The notes below the pieces were generated by a model. It made no database searches and was not told the DNA's origin. It saw only the letters and a program-made list of their open reading frames with translations. The position numbers were made by a program, and so were the translations under genes. Positions 58,943 to 64,000 of a stretch of 64,000 bases of DNA are shown here, piece after piece (within the stretch, counting starts at the first letter, position 1; each line of letters starts with the position of its first letter). The stretch is taken from positions 32,001-96,000 of IMG/VR virus record IMGVR_UViG_2615840593_000003; one strand, written 5' to 3'. This DNA comes from a virus (taxonomy: Duplodnaviria > Caudoviricetes).

Positions 58943-58989
58943 AATAAAATACATAAAGATGTTGACTTTATATTTACCTATGATATTAT
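58943..58989 (+). promoter_or_regulatory. Promoter of the operon leading to the RNAP gene, with AATAAAATACATAA element
   Basis: aataaaatacataa...TTGACT...TATTAT. Confidence 0.7.
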
Positions 58990-59014
58990 TTAATTAAATA
59001 CATAATAAAGGAGA

Positions 59015-59257
59015 ATGATATTATTGGAAAACTATGAAACTATTAATGAAGAGGTATTTGAAATGACTAAAACTAAGGAGGATAACTTTAGTAACAGTGA
59101 GATCATGTATTACTTGGAAGAAATGATTAGTATGGGTATGGTAGAAGATTATGAATTAGAAGCATATCAGGATATTAAGCGATATGGGAAAGTTAAAAAA
59201 AGTTCCTTGAAGAAAATTAAGCGTAACATGTTTAATTTATATAATGAGAAATTTTAA
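59015..59257 (+). CDS. Hypothetical protein
   Basis: 80-aa ORF, RBS aaggag. Confidence 0.6.
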   Translation: MILLENYETINEEVFEMTKTKEDNFSNSEIMYYLEEMISMGMVEDYELEAYQDIKRYGKVKKSSLKKIKRNMFNLYNEKF

Positions 59258-59460
59258 GAAAAATACATATGAAGTATGAATTGAAATTGTCAGGAATTAA
59301 TACAGCGTTTTAGGAAATGATACTTACTATTAGAAAAGAATAAAGACTTGTTAAATCAATTGGAATTAATTAAAAATGCATACATAAGTAATATGAAGTT
59401 AAGTTTTAAAATTAATGCACTAAATACATAAAATATAATTAAATAAGGAGCAGCTGAATA

Positions 59461-61209
59461 ATGAATGTAAATCTATGGTTTGCAAGAGATAATCATGGTG
59501 AGATTGCAACAATTTTGAATTCAAATATTGAAAATACATATACATGTCCTATTTGTAATAGCGAAGTAATTCCAAAAGCATTACAGTCAAAACAAATCAC
59601 TCCGCACTTCGCACATATTGATAGAAATAAATGTACAGGCGAATCATTTGTACACTTTTGGATGAAGCATGGATTTATTGAACGTGGAGATACCTTTACG
59701 ATCATTTCAGATGATAAGCACACTTTCACATGCAAGGATTTTAAAACTGAGGTTACTTTTAACTTAGAATCCGGAGTGTATCGTCCTGATATTCTAGTAG
59801 AAACTGAATGTGGTAATGAAATTGTTTTTGAAATGGCTAATACTAATAAGAAGCAAGTTAAAGATTATATTGATCGTTGGATCGAGTTAGATAAGATTAT
59901 TGTTGAAGTAGATGTTCCTACTTTGACTGGTCAAAATGAAGTAAAAGAATTTAAAGCCTTGTACTATAAAGGTAAATGTTTCAACTTTAATAAACGTGAT
60001 GGTGGTTATTACAATACAATAGGTAAGTTGAAAGAGGAAATGATTAGAAGTAACAAGTACGATATTGAAAAGGTTAAGAAGTTGGACTGGTTTTGGGACA
60101 CTGTAATAGATTATCGAACAGGAAAATTAAATATCATTGATTTAACAACTTGTATCGATGAAATACTATCTAATGATACTGAATCTGAATTAAGAGAGCT
60201 TTCTAGAGAATTTCTAATAAGTAAAAAGTGTTCTAATATATTCACTGACTACCTTAAATATAAAGCTTCAAAAATAAAAGAAGAAGTTATGAATGGCGTA
60301 GTTATCCCTGGGTATATGAGAGATTTTATAGAAGTGACTGAAAATGCTTATTTTAATAAGTATAATCAAAGCTATTCAGTGGCAGTAAAAGATAACTACA
60401 ATTTCTTTAATGAAACATTTTATAAATATGAGGTGAATTCTGCTAGAGAAAAACTAATAAAAGCCATTGATTCAAATATAGATAATCCTGAAATATTGTT
60501 ATATAGAAAAATACAAATAAATAAAGATTTGATTCAAAATGCTATTGAACAAGCTAAAATTGAAATAAACAATGATAAGGTAGAATTAAGTTTAAGTGAA
60601 TCATTATCTAAATTTAATCTAAACAGAATTATTATGAAATACAAAGGTTGTTATATACAACAGTATATAGAGATTACAGAAGATGTAGCTGAAAGCAGTG
60701 ATTTAAATTATATAGTTAGTTTTATTATTAACCAATTCAAAAAGTATGAATGTTTATTAAAGGATAGTAATGATTATGAATATATTGAAAAAATTCTGAG
60801 TTTGAATTTTAGAGTAAGTGATAGTTATATTGTATCCAATAAGATAACTCCTAATCTATTCAATATACACAGTATTAATTCTAAGGCACGTATAGATCTA
60901 TTAATTTATGATGGAAATGTGTACCTAGATAAGAAACCAAATGAATACTCTTATAGTAATTTTGAAAAACAATTAAGTAGAATGGATTTACATAATCCGA
61001 TAATTCGTAAAGTTGAATGTGAGAACCTAACGGATAAAATAAAGAGTTACATAGAATATAAATTGCACCACTTCAAAATGTGTAAGGACTGTTATATGGA
61101 GTTTGAAATATGTGAAAGTGAAATGGATTTCTTTAATAAGAACGGACTTCAATTACCGAAGAGATGTAAGTCATGTCGCAATAAACGTAAACTAGGAGGA
61201 GTAAAATGA
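59461..61209 (+). CDS. CoiA-like PD-(D/E)xK nuclease with N- and C-terminal zinc ribbons
   Basis: YTCPIC...PHFAH...GESFVH...YRPDILV...IVFEM; C-terminal CKDC...LPKRCKSCR. Confidence 0.75.
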   Translation: MNVNLWFARDNHGEIATILNSNIENTYTCPICNSEVIPKALQSKQITPHFAHIDRNKCTGESFVHFWMKHGFIERGDTFTIISDDKHTFTCKDFKTEVTFNLESGVYRPDILVETECGNEIVFEMANTNKKQVKDYIDRWIELDKIIVEVDVPTLTGQNEVKEFKALYYKGKCFNFNKRDGGYYNTIGKLKEEMIRSNKYDIEKVKKLDWFWDTVIDYRTGKLNIIDLTTCIDEILSNDTESELRELSREFLISKKCSNIFTDYLKYKASKIKEEVMNGVVIPGYMRDFIEVTENAYFNKYNQSYSVAVKDNYNFFNETFYKYEVNSAREKLIKAIDSNIDNPEILLYRKIQINKDLIQNAIEQAKIEINNDKVELSLSESLSKFNLNRIIMKYKGCYIQQYIEITEDVAESSDLNYIVSFIINQFKKYECLLKDSNDYEYIEKILSLNFRVSDSYIVSNKITPNLFNIHSINSKARIDLLIYDGNVYLDKKPNEYSYSNFEKQLSRMDLHNPIIRKVECENLTDKIKSYIEYKLHHFKMCKDCYMEFEICESEMDFFNKNGLQLPKRCKSCRNKRKLGGVK

Positions 61210-63959
61210 TTAAACTGCAACAATATTATGTTTTCAAACTAACTACCTCTAGACTTGCAGAATTTGATTATGATATTAAAGATTTAACTGTCTCCCATGC
61301 TAGATTAAATGGAGAGCTAGTACAGATCGGTGATAACCAAGTGTTTAGGATGATTCGCAAGATAAAAAATACTAAAACAGAATTTGAATCATTAAATTTA
61401 GCAATCAATGAGCGTAACGATCTTAAGAAGTTAGATTCAAATGATGAAAACTCTATAAAAATAGCACAGAAACAAAAAAACATAGATGACATCTTATTTG
61501 TTCCAGACATTATCAATATTAAAGTTGATGATAAAAAAGTTTATAAAAAGATATTCAAAGAAGGATTCACTGTAAATGGTATCACTTTTAAACGTTTTTG
61601 TAGTGGTGCAGGACAATCGAGACAATCTGTAGCGTCATTCTGTAATATTGACATTATAGAAGAATTAACAAGACGCTTGAATTGTGGATTAAGCATTAAA
61701 GAAATTAACGTTGCAAAGTATAATGCTTACTTCGGGTTATATATGTCTGCTACATACCCTGTTCGAACTCCCAATGTATGCGTCATTCCTGATTATGAGG
61801 ACGAAGAGTTAGTTAAAAAGGTTGATTGGATTGATGATGTAGAAATTGACGGTAAAGATAAGCGTATTGTGTATGAGAAAGATGATTTTATATTTAAGCC
61901 TAATATGTGGGATGGACAAGGATTGGTTTCCCCTACTTTTGCAGAAAAATGGCAAGAGGATTTAAAACTTGAATATCTCCCTTCTCAATTTGTAGTTCGT
62001 AGTAGCTTCGTTAAAGGTGCGTTAGCTGTTTTCGATTTTCATAAGTTTGCACAGGAAGAAGCTAAAACAAATAAAATTAAAGATATTTATGGAGATGAGT
62101 GGGATATTGATGATATAGATGTAATACTCTCTGCCTCTCAGTTCAAAATGAATAAATTTTACTCGTCATGGGAGCAGTTTTTACAACTTCAAGAACATCA
62201 TGGTTTAACTTGGGGAGTTACTAAGGTCAATCCTAAAGCAGATAATGAAGTTAGTTTGCTGAATTACCAATACATGCAATCATTAAATCTAGATAAAGAA
62301 AAAATTCAACAGCTTATCTCCCCTACTGTTGATTGGATTGAAAAGATTTGCCGAGGAGATAAACTTTACACTTTGTTATTCTTACTAGGATCGTCTAATA
62401 AAACAGATACAATTGAAGCCATTTTTAATAAAACAAATAATAACTATGTAAAAGCTATCTTATATAATGACAAATTACTGAATGATCCTTTTATAAAGAA
62501 GAAAATTTATGACAATATCTCAACGAAAATCGATGAAGCTAAGATTGGTCGCATTTGGGTGAATGGGAACTATCAATTCATGATTAGTGACCCTTATGCA
62601 CAAGCTCAATTTGCATTTGGAATGAAAGTTACTGGTCTACTGAATGAATTTGAACATTATTCACATTTCTGGAACGAACTCGAAGTTAATAAAGTAGATG
62701 CCTTGCGTAGCCCATTAGTTGATTTCCATGAGCATAATATGTTGAATCTAGTTGACAATGAAAAAGTAAATGAATGGTTTAAATATCAACCATCAGGAAT
62801 AATTTATAATGTGTGGGGTGTTGACACAATACGTCACTCGGATTCTGATTATGATGGGGATATCGTTTTTACTACAAATAACGAAATTGTGATGGATAAT
62901 ATTGTACCGAATTTAAATGTCATTACTTATGATAAAGCAAGTGCAAAACCACAAAGATTAAATCCGACTAATATTCTGGCAACAGATTTACGTAGCTTTA
63001 ACTCAAAGATAGGTACAATCACTAACTACTCTACTACTTTTATCTCTATGCTTGCTAATTTTAAAGAGAATTCAGATGAATATAAAGAAATACTGAATCG
63101 CATTAAATTGCTACGTCGTTATATTGGTGATTCAATAGATCAAGCAAAAGGAATTAAAACTAAGCCATTCCCTACTGAATGGAAAAAACGTAAATTCGTT
63201 GATAAGGATGATAGCGATGAGGTTAAGCAACAAAAATATTATCACAACAGATTGGTTGCTAATAAGAAACCTTACTTTATGATCTATATTTATGAAAAAT
63301 TAAGAACTGAATATAGAGAACATCGGAGTAAAACTGATCGCACATGTAAAGAGAAATTTGGTTGTAATCTACATCAGCTAATGAACAAGCAAGATAAAAC
63401 CAAAGATGAATCATATTATCTATATAGTTACTATCGTGACATGCCTGTGATTAAGAATGATTCTGTGATGAATATGCTGTGCAAAATGATCGAAGAAATT
63501 GACTTCAATTATAAACGAGTTAAAAATGATGAAAATGTAAATGAAATATTTGATATTCTTTATGATTACGAAATTGGTATTGATGAAGAAAGATTGGAAA
63601 AATTAATTAAATTACGTTCAAAATTCAATAATAAGCGCAACTTCAAATTCAAATCTAATGCTATTGAGAACGTTTCAGAAAATAATTCAGATGAATTAAT
63701 TAATGAATTTTATAATGAAATACGTACTGAAGCATATGAAATTTGCTCAAATATGAAAGAACTAGCAAATCATTTAATTTACATAACTTATAAGCTATAC
63801 CCTAAAGACTCTAAAAATTTCGCATGGCATATTGCAACTGAAGGCATTTTAGAAATACTTGAATCCAAATCAGACATGAATATCGAATTACCAATGAAAG
63901 ATAAAGAAGGAGTTGAGTATTTAGGTAATAGATATTCGTTAAGGAGTGTTGTTGTTTGA
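61206..63959 (+). CDS. yonO: YonO-like single-subunit DNA-dependent RNA polymerase
   Basis: 917 aa; WDGQGLVS, VKGAL, LRSPL, catalytic DSDYDGD, IDQAKG, KKPYFM. Confidence 0.9.
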   Translation: MIKLQQYYVFKLTTSRLAEFDYDIKDLTVSHARLNGELVQIGDNQVFRMIRKIKNTKTEFESLNLAINERNDLKKLDSNDENSIKIAQKQKNIDDILFVPDIINIKVDDKKVYKKIFKEGFTVNGITFKRFCSGAGQSRQSVASFCNIDIIEELTRRLNCGLSIKEINVAKYNAYFGLYMSATYPVRTPNVCVIPDYEDEELVKKVDWIDDVEIDGKDKRIVYEKDDFIFKPNMWDGQGLVSPTFAEKWQEDLKLEYLPSQFVVRSSFVKGALAVFDFHKFAQEEAKTNKIKDIYGDEWDIDDIDVILSASQFKMNKFYSSWEQFLQLQEHHGLTWGVTKVNPKADNEVSLLNYQYMQSLNLDKEKIQQLISPTVDWIEKICRGDKLYTLLFLLGSSNKTDTIEAIFNKTNNNYVKAILYNDKLLNDPFIKKKIYDNISTKIDEAKIGRIWVNGNYQFMISDPYAQAQFAFGMKVTGLLNEFEHYSHFWNELEVNKVDALRSPLVDFHEHNMLNLVDNEKVNEWFKYQPSGIIYNVWGVDTIRHSDSDYDGDIVFTTNNEIVMDNIVPNLNVITYDKASAKPQRLNPTNILATDLRSFNSKIGTITNYSTTFISMLANFKENSDEYKEILNRIKLLRRYIGDSIDQAKGIKTKPFPTEWKKRKFVDKDDSDEVKQQKYYHNRLVANKKPYFMIYIYEKLRTEYREHRSKTDRTCKEKFGCNLHQLMNKQDKTKDESYYLYSYYRDMPVIKNDSVMNMLCKMIEEIDFNYKRVKNDENVNEIFDILYDYEIGIDEERLEKLIKLRSKFNNKRNFKFKSNAIENVSENNSDELINEFYNEIRTEAYEICSNMKELANHLIYITYKLYPKDSKNFAWHIATEGILEILESKSDMNIELPMKDKEGVEYLGNRYSLRSVVV

Positions 63960-64000
63960 TTATTTTTGATGAAAAGAGATACGCTGAAGCATTGCTTAAA
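63956..64000 (+). CDS. Start of the next gene (partial)
   Basis: RBS aaggag; TTG start overlapping the RNAP stop; MIIFDEKRYAEALLK. Confidence 0.6.
   Translation, partial: MIIFDEKRYAEALLK

Larger units (their letters stand above)
1..64000. mobile_element. Part of an SPbeta-like large temperate phage/prophage (early and accessory regions)
   Basis: YonO-like RNAP, YopP/YopQ/YopR-like triad, YopX and YolD family proteins, yonT-like toxin, dense small ORFs with Firmicute RBSs; no host housekeeping genes. Confidence 0.92.

Noticed and set aside
50324-61516. Minus-strand ORFs 50324-50575, 50612-50851, 52816-53064, 54233-54436, 54838-55332, 56030-56212, 57164-57382, 59493-59735, 61268-61516
   Set aside because: Antisense to better-supported plus-strand genes
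61206-63959. RNA-dependent RNA polymerase of an RNAi-like system
   Set aside because: The DxDGD double-psi-barrel motifs in an SPbeta context fit the characterised DNA-dependent YonO family
1-64000. tRNA/rRNA genes, IS elements, reverse transcriptases, prophage att ends
   Set aside because: None recognised by eye; a tRNAscan-SE/Infernal run would be needed to exclude short RNAs

Overview
AT-rich 64 kb segment of a large SPbeta-like temperate phage or prophage of a Bacillales host. It contains early and accessory regions but no structural genes. Markers: a YonO-type single-subunit RNA polymerase (61206-63959), a yopP-yopQ-yopR(mrpR)-like tyrosine-recombinase/repressor block (17421-20872), recombination genes (AAA ATPase, YorF-like protein, RuvC), an RNA end-healing/sealing cluster, an SOS-boxed YolD/DNA ligase module, a yonT/yoyJ-like type I TA locus and an orphan MazE-like peptide. 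Genes from 1 to 48.9 kb are almost all on the minus strand; genes from 50 kb onward are on the plus strand. The main unexplained signal is about 53 copies (hand count) of an 18-bp site, ATAA(A/T)A-N6-T(A/T)TTAT, with inverted 6-bp arms around a variable 6-bp core. The sites lie at gene junctions from 1.5 to 46.6 kb, typically against one gene's stop codon and just before the next gene's RBS. This looks like an integron-like cassette array next to a tyrosine recombinase that retains most catalytic residues. A second motif, AATAAAATACATAA, sits next to many sigmaA -35 boxes and is a likely repressor operator. A 31-bp-period repeat array lies upstream of a DUF262/ParB-like gene. All family assignments come from motif recognition by eye; no database searches were run.
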